Shown here piece after piece: positions 14,391 through 28,030 of a stretch of 64,000 bases of DNA; positions within the stretch are counted from its first letter, which is position 1, and each line of letters opens with the position of its first letter. The position numbers and the translations under genes were made by a program. This DNA comes from Camelus dromedarius (lineage: Eukaryota). The notes below the pieces were generated by a model, which saw nothing but the letters and a program-made list of their open reading frames with translations, did not search any database and was not told the DNA's origin. The stretch lies in NCBI RefSeq assembly GCF_036321535.1, contig NC_087447.1:48114001-48178000 (forward strand). The letters run 5' to 3'.

Positions 14391-15815
14391 ACTATATAGC
14401 AATGAGCAAGAATAAACTATTGCTACATACAAAAACATAAATAAATCTTACAAAGTGGAGTGCAGAAAGCCAGTCATACCTTATAAAAGTTCATAAACAC
14501 AAAAATAACCTATGGTATTGGAAGTCAGAATATTTATGGGTTACCATGGTAACATCCCCTTTCTTGATTTGAGTGCTGCTTATACTTTCTGTGCACTTTT
14601 CTTCATATGTTATACATACCTCAATACAATTTTTTAATTTCTATTTTCTATAAAAACATACACCCATACACACACCTGCCTTAGGCTCACCTGAAGAAGG
14701 TCTGTTAGCACTAGTCAGGGTAGAACTGCAGCATATTTTCAAATGTGTATCCAAGCTACTACTCCTCAACATTGCTAGGTTGAAAAATACTGATCTAAGA
14801 ATTTAAAATCAGAGAGCTTTATATACAGTACAGTAAAAAGAACAAGAGCTTTGAAGCAAGGCAGTTTAGGTTTTTCATACAAGCTTCTCTTCTCTATGTA
14901 ACCAAAAACAAGCTACTTAATCCCTACAAGCCTCAGTTGCTTCAGTTTCCTCTTTGGTAAAATGGGCACAATATCCTAAACAGTGTAAATGTGAGAATTA
15001 AAGTATATACGGGAGAGAAAGCACCCAGCATACTGCCTACTACAGATACTCAAATGTTAAGTCTCTTCTGTCTTTCCACCCTCATCTCTTACTAGTCCTA
15101 AGGCCAGAAATGCATTACCCTCTTGAGTCTTGATTTCTTCATCCTTAAAATGAAAAGAATGTAACATGACCAACCCATGCACTGTAGATCAAATAAAATA
15201 ACTATATTTGCAAAAGTGTAAATAATGTAACTATATTTAGAGATTTTTGCTATCAATTCAAAATAAAAGAGTGAAGAGAACACATAAGAAAACTAGGATA
15301 TGTAAAAAAAGGTATAAAACAGAGGCTAGAAAATATGAGCATCAGCAGAAACTGTCAAGTTTAAAGGACATGATCAGAAGCCAAATCAAATCATAATCTC
15401 TAGTGAAGCAAGGATTGAAGCTTACTGTGAAAAATATACTAGTCCAGGGTTCCTTCAAAATGTCTTTATCTAAGAAAAAGCACAATCTGTATCATCATAA
15501 AAATGGATATATTCTGAAAGGACCCAGACACTTGCCTAAATAGAGGAAGGTGGGAAAGCTTTTTTGGAGTCTTATAAACCAAGGTGTTCTTAGAGTATCT
15601 TTTTCAGAAATCAATGGCCCATTTAATAAAATGTTTTTAGATAAACAGAGTCATTTGACAAAAAAGGTTCTGTACAATTGTTTTCAATACTAAAGCTATG
15701 CCTAACTGCCTAAAGAAGTAAATTTTACAATAAATAAAACAAGAAAAGTGAACTTGCTTTTAGTCTGTTTGCTCTTCAATATTCTATAACTTTAAGTTTG
15801 ATTTCTGATAACATA

Positions 15816-15961
15816 CCAGAGATTGTCAAGCTATGGCATACCCAAGGCCTGTTTTTGTACAGCCTGTGAGCTAAGAATGAAACACAGTAGGAGGGAAGGA
15901 GGAGAAAAGGGAAAGAACGAGAAAAAAAATAAGAGACTGTATGTAGCCTGCAAAGCCTAAA

Positions 15962-15992
<31 letters not shown>

Positions 15993-16014
15993 CAGAAGGC
16001 ATTTGCCAACCCTG
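15816..16014. mobile_element. MER58-like hAT MITE
   Basis: gcctgtttttgtacagcctgtgagctaagaatg ... tttacagaaggcatttgccaaccctg. Confidence 0.75.
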
Positions 16015-18845
16015 AGCATACCATCTTGCTGTCTTCTACTTTTGAACCTTGTGCTATACATCATCAAAACCTTTATCAATCCAATTAAATTCTAAATTCC
16101 ATTCGAAATAAATAAAAACCTACATCTGGAAAAACACGTATCACCTTACCCTTCATTAGAATATCATACCACTGGTCTGTCATCTCTCCTTACTAGGTTC
16201 AGTTCAAAAATTAATCATTCACTGCTTGCAAGGTACCCTCCAGGAGCTAGGACTATAAAGATTACTACAACACACTCCCTGTCCCCAAGAAAGTTAAGTG
16301 AAGGAGCAGACAGAAAGTTAACTTTCCAAAAACAGGGCAAGTCCTATGACAGGCACACACTGGGTGCTTCCTGTGAACAAACAAGGGGTCTTATGACAAC
16401 CTTAAAGGTTCTGAAAGGTTTCTTAGGGGAGATGCACTCAACCCAGAGGGATGAATAAAAGGAGAAACAGTATGAGCAAAGAAAGATGTGAAACTATAAG
16501 ATATCTGTAGAAACTATGCTGTTCAGTATTACCAGTGATGGGAGTTCATGCAGGAGTACATCAGGACAGGTCACATAAGGCCTAATATGCCATGCTAAGG
16601 AGCTTAGACTTTAGAGCCAATGAAGGGATTTAAGCAAGGGAGTGATGTGGACATATACACCTATTGGGTAGATGTTCCGGCTGCTGGGTGGAAGATAGGT
16701 TTACTAGATGGGTGATACAGAAACTAGCTAGGAGGCTACTGTGCTTGTCTAGGTAAGATTAGGGTCTGAGCTAAGGTGGTAATAGTAGGAAATGGGAAAT
16801 AAAATTCAGAAATACTTGGAAGGATTTATTTTTGGCTATAGAGCTAAGGGAGAAGATAGACTATTGGCACAGATTCATATCTTGAATGACTGGATGAATG
16901 ATAGTGCCTTTAAGTTAGGACAAAACTATAGGAAGAGATGATTTTAACTCTTGGGAGAGTGTACAAAATGGGAGAGGTCAGAAGTAGATAGGAAAAATGA
17001 GTTCTGTTTTAGACCTATTGAATTTGAGGATCGTCAAAAAGGATTTGTTTAGGGTGGCCAATAGCCAGGAAGATATAAAGGCCTAGAGCTCAGGAAAGGA
17101 CTCTGAACTGGAGATAGAGATTTTGAGAGTCATCAGCATACAGTAGCAGCTAAAGCCAATAGTATGGGCAAAACTTCTCAAGAAAAGAATCTTAAAAAGT
17201 CCAGTGAGCCAAGGAGCCAACCCTAAGGAATATCAACATTTACTGAGAAAGCAGAAACAATAAGTCTCTTCTCAAATATCAGCTAGTTTCAATAGGTTCA
17301 AAAACCTCTTCCTGCTAAACAAACTGGGAAGAACTGTGACATTAGTACAGCTCACCTAATGGACAAGGTAAAGATTAAGGAATTCAATAGGGAGAGGGCT
17401 TTCCAGGTGGAAGGCACAGCATATGGAAAGAATAGCAGCATTACAGTACAGCTTGGCCAGGGACTTGCTTATTTGGTTTTACAGTGGGTATACATGCTAG
17501 AAAGCCCTTAAAAAAAGAGGTACAAAGTAAAGCCTGTAAGAACACTGGAAGGGAAAAATCAAAAAGGACTGTGCTGTTGATATCATAAGCCATTCTTAAC
17601 CTCTCCTGTCCCCACACATCCACATATCCTTCAGGTCTCAGCTCAAGCATTCTCCAAACATCTCTTTTCCCTGCTCCCCCAGGTAGATCAGGTCATGCCA
17701 ACCACCATCTCCCCATGGTCCTTGCTCATGTTCCCAGTGTAGCATTGATTCCACAATGCTACAGTTGTGTGTGACATGTCTGCCTCCACACTAGATTAAC
17801 TATAAGCTCCTTAAGAGCAGGGAATTTAAATTTTTGTATCCCGTACTCCCAGCACTTCCTTACTGCCATCTAATAACCACTCAATAGATACTTGTTTTTC
17901 GACAGATGTCTTAAACATATTTGCCACACACAGAACTACTAACTCCTTGGCCTTGGAATATGTTACAGTTGAGGATTTACAGTCTTTGTTTTGCTTTACC
18001 TATGGTAATATTAAAATTAATTTGTATTCCACATGTAAAATGAGTGAGGGGAGATGTAGCCCAGGAAAACACTGAATAATAAAAGAACAGCCTGGAGGAA
18101 AAATCAGCCCTAAACAATTCATAAGTAAAATAAAAATAACAACAGTAGTATTTATCATATTAAGTACCAACTATGTATGTGCCAGTCAGTGTTCCAGGTT
18201 CTTTGTCCTTATCTCATTTAATCCATTGAACAACCCAACAACTGAGTATTATTTCCCTTTTACATATGCACAAATAATTCATCTCACTGTACTACTCTGT
18301 CTCTGTATTAAGTTACAAGTAGAAAACTAAGTGGGAAATGACTGTATTTGTCAGGCTAGTAAAGCACAAACATTGTATACTGCATTCTCCACTTCAATAA
18401 AGCCTCAATTTTTCAGTTTCATTTTGAGCAAGCCAGCACAGTTAATGTAGAACCATGTCCCATAAATTCACTAGGAGGAGAAAGTCCTCTAGCACCCTCT
18501 CCATCCCACATCAAACAATCTTCAAGTTTTAAAGGAGAAACTGTGAACTGATATGTATTCCTTCTCCACTGGGAGAAGAACCCTTCAGAAAGGCAATAAA
18601 TCAATTATGTCAAGCTTTTCACCTCTGTGTGGGGTGCCCTGATTTCAGGTTTGTAAAGTGGAGGTGGGAAAAAAAAAAAACTTTTACATAGTCCTTTACA
18701 GTTTAAAAAGTATTTTCACATTTATTACTTCATTTGAGCCCCATTCTACAAATAAGTAAACTGAAGCTCAAACAGATTATTAATGAATTTGGATTTCAAA
18801 TTTCTTCGACAAAAAATTCTTCGTGTTTAAAATCTTATTTCCAAG

Positions 18846-18970
18846 GGGAGGGTATAGCTCAGTGGTAAAACATGCTTAGCATGCACGAAGTCCTGGGATC
18901 AATCCCTAGCACCTACATCAAGATAAATAAATAAGCCTAATTACTCCCTTCCTCCCCCCCAAAAAAACCC
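18846..18970 (+). mobile_element. tRNA-Ala-derived camelid SINE
   Basis: tRNA-like head, aataaataagcctaattac tail, TSD tatttccaag (18836-18845 and 18971-18980). Confidence 0.9.
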
Positions 18971-21148
18971 TATTTCCAAGTATGATTGATTCACATCTGG
19001 ATAATCTGATTATCCATAAATGCAAATTGGCTTCCTCTTGCTATCTAGACTACCCACATATGTATGCATATGCATACTTACATACATATACTGAGGCATA
19101 TATATTTTACATACTTATATATAATACACATATAAATAAGAAGTGTTGCTGGATAATGGGACTACAGACAATAATTTCCCCTGGCACTTAGCAAGCAGTA
19201 AGTAAATAAATACTGAACAAATATTTCATATATGTACAGTATTTTCAGGACATAAAATTATTTCAGGACATGAACTGATTTGTTCCCCCTGGCAGCTTTG
19301 TAAAGTATGAAAGTTTTTTATTTACCATTTTAATTATATTTAATTGCACAATTTAATGGAAGTACGTACATTCACAATGTTGTACAACCATTACTACTAA
19401 GTATGAAAGGTTTTTTAATGACTTTACTAAAATCACTCAGCTATCAAGTGGTGGAAAGGGGATTCGAACTCAGGACCCTCTACACCTAAATTCACAAGCT
19501 ATTTATTCTACTAACGTACCTGTCTACCAATACTTCCATTGCTCTTCTCTTCTCACCACAATACTGGAAGAATCAAATGAGGTAAAGATTCTAAAACACT
19601 TTATATACATTTCTACTGCACAGGTGAACACAGTTGTGAAGGGGGAAAAAAAATCCACCAAGACATTTCTCCCAGGCAATCACTTTTCATTTTGAGCTCT
19701 CAAAAGCTAGGGCTTAAATATAAATATCCCACCTCTAGATCAAGCCTGCAGATCACAAAAGCAATGTCTGAACTCAAGATTAAAGTTATGAGGAGAAATG
19801 CATGCATTCATTAGATTACACTCATCAAATTACAGGTAACTGCTCAAACCTGATTTCTATTGTAATAGACAGGTTCCTCATAACAAAACACTTTCAATTC
19901 CAATGATAAGTCCAACCTTTGATCATTCTGCCTATTTTGGAACTATCAAAAAGAAAAAGATTCTAAATATTGGGTATTTTATGTGCTCAACTGTGAGAGC
20001 CAAGGAAAATGGTCTGTTTACGAGCTGAACTCTGAAGCCTGAACAAAAAAAGAATTATTTTGATCCCGTTGGTGCCAATTTTATCCTCTTTACATCCCTC
20101 CTCATTTCTTCTCAGTCTGAGCTCTAATCAACAGACACTTCATGTTTAACATATCATAGTTAATGCAATTAAGTCCAGAAAACTGTTTCCCTAAAGATGT
20201 TTTCTCCATTAACACCCCTCTCTACCTTCCAGCATCACCATTCTGCCATGAGAATGAGCATATTATTAAGCTTTAAATAAAATTTCTAATCAATAGATGG
20301 AGATATTGTTTTGTAGTTAATGCAATGTGCTTACAGCTCCTAAAAAGAACAGAAAATGATTCTATATGCTTTTTTAGCCACATCTGACAGAATTTTGATC
20401 ACCTGAATTCCTTTAGAAGAAAATCCAATCTATGGAAATACAGTCCAATTATTTTAAATCTTATCAAGTAATATCAGAAGAGAATCAAATGAAAAACTCC
20501 ATCAATACCAAACCATCTCACCAATGAATATTTATGACATTTCCGTATTTCCTGTCTTCTTTCTGTTTACATAAAGTGGAGGTGCCAAGCTTCATCTCAG
20601 CATTATTAGCCTGCAATACAATGATGGACCTAATTGCCTTGTAAACCAGAACACCAATAAATGGAATCTTCAAGCAATCAATTTTAAGAGGAGGAAAAAA
20701 AAAAAAAAACCCTAAGCTCTTTCTGCATACATTCACGTTGCCTGACTAGGAATTAAATGTGGCCTCATATTCTTCAATCTTATTCATCGTTCTCAAGCAA
20801 GGAATGCTCCCTCAACTACCTCAAGCTCATCAAATTTCAGGACTAATTATTAAATGCACCTGGGCGAGGGCAGAAAGGAGAAGGCAGACATCATATATAA
20901 AGATATCTATTACATTCCAGTTTCATCTTCTCCACCTTTAGTCTGGGAGTGGGTTTTCCCCCCCTCAAATTTCTTCTTATAATATATGAATAAAAGAAGA
21001 TATCCTCCCCTCCTCAATTCTACTTTAATTGAAGCCCCTCTCAACTTTACCGTTTGTGTTGATTTACTTCCAAATATGATACTACTATAAATGAAACAAA
21101 CAAAAAGATTAAACAGCTGAAGAAGTCCTCTAGAAAATAAAGCCTTTA

Positions 21149-21296
21149 GAGAGGGAGGGCACAGCTCAGTGGTGGAGTGCATGCTTAGCATGCATGAGGT
21201 CCTGGGTTCAATCCCCAGTACCCCCATTAAAATAAATAAATAAGCCTAACTGCCTCCCCACTGTGAACCCGCCAAAAAAAAAAAAAAAAAGAAAGA
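21149..21296 (+). mobile_element. tRNA-Ala-derived camelid SINE
   Basis: Same head and tail, poly(A), degenerate TSD. Confidence 0.88.
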
Positions 21297-22559
21297 AAGT
21301 AGAGTCTTTAATATACCTTCTCTGTCCCCAGCAAAATCCCCCAACCACAGGTTCCAAAGCTGTTCACTTAAGTCCAACCTCTAAACCTCTTGTCTCTTGG
21401 AAGGCCATCCCAATCCTTCCCCTCCAGAATTATCCAATCTACCTCTTCCCAGCACTGCTAACTGCCCCTCTCCATCCTCCCTGCCCCCTCCATACCAACA
21501 ACTCCAGGTCTCCCACTCCTTAATTAGCCCCATCTGCTACCTCACTATCAGCAACCACCTCTCCAGTCCTACCAGTTCATCTCAGATATTCCTTGTCCTA
21601 AACTCCCTCTGCTACCTTGGCCTAGGGACATTTTCTTCAAGATAACGTCCCCCTACTTTGCTCACCACCTGCCACTATTCTTTCACTGAGTCCAGCCCAG
21701 GAGCATCTTCTATGCCCTCTGTCTGGAACCTGTACCCAGGGAGCCACCATGCACCTTTCACTGGTTGTAAAATCACTCTAAATCCTATCCCACTGTGCTT
21801 CCCCTACCCCAATTTCAATCCTTCTCTGCCCATTTGGGGCCTAACTTGTAATTTACTCCCCTACTGCCAGCTCACCCTCACACTCCCCTCAGTTAAAGTC
21901 CCACCCCCACCAGCTCCTATTCAATCTCCATAAGCACTCCCCAGGAAAACCCCAAATTCTACCTCCTCTGCTCTCCTAACACAAGCTATTTCGTAAGTTT
22001 CCACAAATTCCACCACCCCCAGATGACAAACGCCCACTTCAAATTCAGGTCTCAACCCATGCCAAGCCCCTCATCATCAGCTCCTACCACCTCTAACAAC
22101 CTGCCCTAAGTCCACCCCAAATTCAACCCCCAGGGTCCTATCCAACCCTGCAATCTCACTCTATTGAAATCATCCCTCTACCACGCAACCCAGCCCGGGT
22201 CCCAAGCTGTCAACTATTCCAGGCCAATCCCAAATCCACCACCCTCATTTAGTCCCCTCCCCCATTAAAAACCATCCCACTTCAGTCTCATCATCCGTCT
22301 CGCCCAAAACCACCCAAATTCCACCCCAACCCGAAAACCTCACGCTCCAGTCCCAGGTCTGGTCATTCCCCATTAAAAGTCCTCTTCCCTTATCCCTCCC
22401 CCCAGAACCTGCTGGTGTCCCACCCTCACCCCACCCCCAGCCCGCGCCTGGACAAGTCTCCCCTGCCAGCTCGCCGTTCCACTGCGACCTCAACCCCCTT
22501 TCTCCAACCTGTGCGGGGGCTCCACAGCCCCCACTCTCATTCTCCCCAGTACCACCAGC

Positions 22560-23350
22560 TCAGGCTCAGGGCGAGCGAACCGGGGTAGGGTGGGGGTTGG
22601 GGGGGAATCTCACCGGCAAGCCGCTGCAGGCGAAAACGGAGGCGGCGGCGGCGGCTGAGGCGACGATGCCCTTGTCTTCTCTGGAGGCTACAGAGGCGAC
22701 ACTCTCGCTCCCTCGCCCGTGTCCAGTGAGGTGGCGGATGGCGCGCAGGCACCAGGAGCCTCCTCCTCCTCAGCGAGTCGGCTCCGAATCCTCTGCAGTA
22801 GCCGCCGACGAGCCCGACGGGTGGGGGGATGGGACGCTGGGCTGCGGGCGAGGGAGGAGGAGGCTGAGGGAAGGGGCGGGGGGCCGCTGAAAACAGCGGG
22901 GAAGGAGGAGCCGGCGCGGCGCCGCGACACGTTCCACAGCTTAAGCGTGCCGGGACCACAACTCCCGGCATACCCCGCTCAGGTCCGCGCGCGGCCTGCG
23001 CCTGCCGCCGCGCGCCCGATGCTAAGGAACTGCTCCCTCCCCGGTTACGGACAATGGAATAAAGCCATAAAGCTAACCATCCGCAGGCGGTTTTTGTAGA
23101 TTCAGACCACGGAAGAGGGAAGTTAGGTCACCCCCAAGGACCCCATCCCCAAGAAAAGATGTTCGCAGCTTCTCCAATCTCTACAAGCGAGCGCGCGCAA
23201 ACCCTCACACAGACCTCCCCACCGCCTGCCGCTGGACTGCATTTCCCAGCATGCCCTACAACCTCCTGCCCTCCTTCCGGACCCTTCTCAAACCCAGTAC
23301 TACAGTTCCCAGGGAGTGTGGTCCCCGCGAAATGCTGGGAGTTGCAGTTC
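22560..23350. promoter_or_regulatory. CpG island promoter with GC box, ETS-like site and ZNF143-type motifs
   Basis: Sharp rise in CpG density against a CpG-depleted background; ggggcgggg at ~22873; cggaag at ~23110; four SBS-like motifs. Confidence 0.9.
22614..22890 (-). other. FAM168A: Non-coding first exon (5' UTR) of a minus-strand gene, probably FAM168A; TSS position approximate
   Basis: GC/CpG-rich segment ending on the - strand in cttgccg|gtgaga (donor at 22613); no ATG on the - strand within it. Gene name inferred from recalled synteny (FAM168A head-to-head upstream of PLEKHB1); no coding sequence of it is in the window. Confidence 0.7.
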
Positions 23351-26300
23351 TCAGTTTTTCCTCCATGTTAAGAAAAAGAAGTGAAAGAGGAAAAAGGGAA
23401 GGAAATAGACCGACCCACCGAGGACAGGCTTAGATAGGCTAGATCATCTGGGAGTCTGTAGACTCTTCGCCGTCCCCGTTGTCTCACACCAGAACTAATG
23501 CAGCAGCTTCCCCCTAGTCTCCCTGAAAATCTGTGGACGATTTGGCACTTGAACCCAAATGTAAAAAGAGAGTACTTCTTGACCCAGCTCCATTACTTTT
23601 AATAATTTACCTTAAAAAGATAATCAAACAATTTGGAAAAGAGGAATGCACAAAATTGTTGTATGAGGTTGTTGATTATAGTGGGGGAAATGTCAATGTC
23701 CTTAAATAAGCGCTGGTTAAATAAATTACATATACAAACAATGCAGTACTAAGCAGCCATTTAAAATAATGCTACGGATCTATTTCTTGGCATCAAAAGC
23801 TATTCACAATTTATTCTTGAGGAAAAAATTTAATAATAAAACAGCATGTTTAGAGTGATCCAATTTATGTGAGGCTGAATCAATATTCTATAAGCAGAAA
23901 GATTTCAGGAAAGAGGTTCCCCAAAATAGTATCTGTGATTATCTTGGAGTAAAGAGTGTCAGATTTCAAGTAATTTTTATTTCATATTGCCTGAATTGTT
24001 TAAAAAGAGCACACAATTCTTTAGCTATGACTATTTTCAAAAAATACAATTTCCAAATCAAACAGCCTCTCTTTGCTGCCTAAAAGCTTTCCATGGCTTT
24101 CTATTGCCCTTAGTGGTGCTCCAAGACAGGGCCTGTGTGGTTTTACTGTGAGTTCAACAGTTCCACTATTAAAACAAATAATAGTGGTCACTTTCAATTC
24201 ATAAAACAACATTTAGTTAGTAGGGAGGATTTTCTCAATTTTCATTGTCTCTTCTCAAATTTTTCCCTCTTCTGGTCTTTCCACACCCATTTCCTCCTTT
24301 TCTCCTACTCAGTTTTTTTTCTTTTTTGTCTCCTACTCATTCTTGAAATTTAAGCCAAAGTCCTACCTTCCCTAGAATATATTTTAGGCACACTGATTTT
24401 CCTTATATCTAAATTATTATAGCAATGGTTTCTAATCTGTAGCCCAGAGAGCATTGTGGGAAGGAGGAATGAGGAAGGAGGAACAGAGTTATTGTAAAGG
24501 ATCTTCAAAGTTCTACTTAAACATTGTCTGTAGACTGAGTAAGTAAGTCTTACATTTAAATTTTTTTTCCTTCTGTGTCCTGCCCCTCTAGAATATGGAA
24601 TATAATATCAGGTGGTCTCTGACTTAACATAAACCCTATAGTCAATTACAGTACTTTAGATTTTATGTCATTATTCCTTGCTGTTCTACAAGAAACACCA
24701 GAACACTTGAGCTCCACTAGCCAGACCCCTGGAGAAGTGCAGGCCTTCTAGAGAAGGTCCAGGTTGCCTAAATCAAAGGTTAACTTGGTCCATAGTCTGG
24801 CTGCAGCCAATCACTTCAGCTTCATCCCACCTAAATCTAATTACACTCCTAATCTTATGACTCATGTTTCTGAAATACATCAGTAACTGTCTTTTTCAAA
24901 CTACTTTATTTTTCTCTATTGTCTCAGCCTTATAATTCCAGTCCCCCCCCTAAAAAAAAATCCTAGACCTTCTGTTCCCTTTTCTGAGAATAGTAAGAAA
25001 AGTGCCTACGGAATGTGGGCTATGTCCTTTCCGAGTGTTGCATCGGCCATCCCATCTTCTAAACCCTCTTCACTCCTCCTCCTCCTTTTCCCCACTTCTT
25101 TTGGCAGACAGTGAGGTCTGGGTGGTCAGAACTAGAAGGGACTGGTCTGTCCTACAAGGAAAGTGTATCTGAGCTAGAGGAATAGGTATGAAGAAGCTTA
25201 CCAAACTAGATATCTGGGAATCAGATCCTAACTTAGACCTTGCCATGAACACGCTGCATGACCTTCAGTAAGTCCCTTAACTTTCTAAACCTCAGTATTT
25301 ACATCTGTAAAATGGAAGGATGATTCCTGGCCTGTTGCCTCATAAGGTTATTAAGAGAATCCAGTAAAACAATGGGTATGAAAGTGCTTTGAAGACTGTA
25401 ATGTGCCACTTACAATCCAACCCTTAATCTGAGAATTCTCTCTCCAAATCCCTGCAATTTAAGTGTTGGCATGTAAACTTTTTACTAAGAGTTATATATT
25501 ATTATGAATGAATTTATTGAAGTAGTTAAGGAATTAGGTCTATTAAGCCAATTTAATTCCTTGATAAATTTTCTATATAGCACAGTTAAACAATTTCTGA
25601 CTTTTCTAGATTTTTTTCTAAATTGAACTTTCATCAAGATATATTTTTTCTGTCAATTTAAAAAGAAAGATTTGATTCTTCAGTTATCTTTTATCTTTAT
25701 CAATTTTTACTAATTATTGCTTCAGCTGTTATAAAATTTCTAGTCATTGTTTCCACCAAGTCCACCTTTTCTTGGGAGCAGTTTGAGCCATTGTCAGTTT
25801 TATTTTGTGTTGATTATTTCTACCAAGTGGAATTTTCCCAGGGGTCAACTTTGCAATGTTCATTGTTACCAAAAAAATGGGATCATTCAGTTTGCTTTTC
25901 CATCCGTAATAAATTTTTACCATGTATAGTCTTAGCCATTGGAGGTTATATTTTGTGTTGATTATTTCTACCCATCCAATATTTTTCTGCATCCCAACCA
26001 AAACAAACTCAGGGACAAACGGACAGTGTCAAAACACTATCTTTTACCTGTTACTCTCTGATTAACTCGGACTGTGAATGGTTTTGTCCTAGCTATGTTA
26101 TGGGCTGGCTTTGAGTTTTCTCTTTCTCTCAAAGCATCTCTTTAGGAGCCTTGGCACACATGTGTGGGCTGGAGTGTTACTTTAAGAATGCTTCAGAATT
26201 ACAGGAAAATGGGCATTCGAGACCATGTTAGGAGAACCAGTCTTTAATGAGCCAGGTGATGTGCTGGCATCTAAGATCCATTATCTCATTTAATCCTTCA

Positions 26301-27403
26301 GCCTAAACATCCTTCACATGGCCCATTTTATAGTAGAGGAAATTGAGACCCAGAAGAAGGAAGATATTGGCCAAGTTAGGATCAGAAACCAGGCCCTGAT
26401 TTAATTCTCAGTGCAATTTGAATGATTATAAGTTCCAAAGTTACCTAATTTAATTTTAAGACTTTTGCAATTCACCTTGTTGGAAAATTTAAAGTTTTGA
26501 GTTTGGCTAGGATACAAGAGAAACCTGTGGATATTAACAAAGCATTCTCAAGAGCTTTTTGTGACAGCAAATGAAACAAGAAGTGTGGAAATGTTTTGTA
26601 AATGACCCAACACTGGGCAAATGGAAGCTTCTGCCATTTGTGATGAAGGCTGATAATATTAACCTGTTATGCCAGCTTGACAGAGTGCTAGAAAACTAAT
26701 AACACACTGCTGACATTCAATAGATGAATAAATGACCATCCTAATACTTAATTATAATAACTAATAATAAAGGTATAAGATTGCATCCTGCCTATCCTTT
26801 AAGACCTAATTCAGACGTCAGGAAGCCTGTCCTGACTCTCGGTTAGGTTAGGAGCCCACTCAGCTCCCACAGCCTGCTCACACCAGATGATCATCTTCAA
26901 TTTCCTGCCTTCAAGGACAAAGACCAAGGTGGTCCTGTTCATCATCCCTGTGGCCCAAGCTCAGTTCAGCCCAAAGCTTCTCACAGTGTAAGGCTTCTGT
27001 AAATGGTGGTTGGTTAACAAATCAATCAATTAACATGACAATGATATAGCCCATATTGATAATCAATTAAAATGGCAACGGAAATACCTCGATACAGCTG
27101 GAAAAAAATGTAATGACCAGGGAAAAGTGCACATCAAATAAAATTCAAGGCAAAAGTAAATCACAAATGAATCTACAGGAACTGATAACAGTTACTGAAG
27201 CTCCTGTACAGCACCAGCAGTAAGGAAAGAACCTGGTCGTCCTGGGTTCAAATGCTGCTTCAGCCTGGGTTGACTGTCCTCATTATGTTCCTTCCCCTCC
27301 TGCACCTGTTTCCGTGTCTGGAAAATGACCTTGCAGCAGTCCCAGGGTAGATAAAAGAGTTAATTTTTTAAAAAGTCAGGGGGTGGGTGGTGTATAGCTC
27401 AAG

Positions 27404-28030
27404 GAACCCTACTTCAGGATGACACCTGTACCCCAATGTTCATAGCAGCATTATTTACAATAGCTAAGACATGGAAACAGCCTAAATGTCCATCAACAGA
27501 TGACTGGATAAAGAAGATGTGGTATATTTATACAATGGAATACTATTTAGCCATAAAAACTGACAACATAACGCCAATTGCAGCAACATGGATGCTCCTG
27601 GAGAATGTCATTCTAAGTGAAGTAAGCCAGAAAGAGAAAGAAAAATACCATATGAGATCACTCATATGTGGAATCTAAAACAAACAAACAAACAAAGCAT
27701 AAATACAAAACAGAAATAGACTTACAGACATAGAATATAAACCTGTGGTTGCCAAAGGGGTGGGGGGTGGGAAGAGATAGACTGGGATTTCAAAATTGTA
27801 GAATAGATAAACAAGATTATACTGTATAGCACAGGGAAATATATACACGATCTTATGGTAGCTCACAGAGAAAAAAATGTGACAATGAATATATATATGT
27901 TCATCTATAACTGAAAAATTGTGCTCTACACTGGAATTTGACACAACTTTGTAAAATGATTATAAATCAATAAAAAATGTTAAAAAAAATAAAAGTATTT
28001 CTACATGTGGAAAAAATAAAAGCAAAAAAT
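27404..28030 (+). mobile_element. 5'-truncated young LINE-1 (end of ORF2 and 3' UTR)
   Basis: ORF 27436..27678 is the L1 ORF2 C-terminus (WYIYTMEYY); A-rich tail. Confidence 0.96.

Noticed and set aside
1..22500. Coding exons of FAM168A or a nested gene
   Set aside because: No ORF or spliced frame resembling a known protein; content is MIR, L2, L1, LTR and DNA-transposon relics, consistent with a long first intron.
22641..22655. (GGC)5 in the 5' UTR as an expansion locus
   Set aside because: Too short; common in CpG-island first exons.
22537..23099. Overlapping 80-144 aa ORFs on both strands
   Set aside because: Expected stop-codon scarcity in a CpG island; low-complexity R/P/A/G peptides; the longest minus-strand ORF runs through the splice donor.
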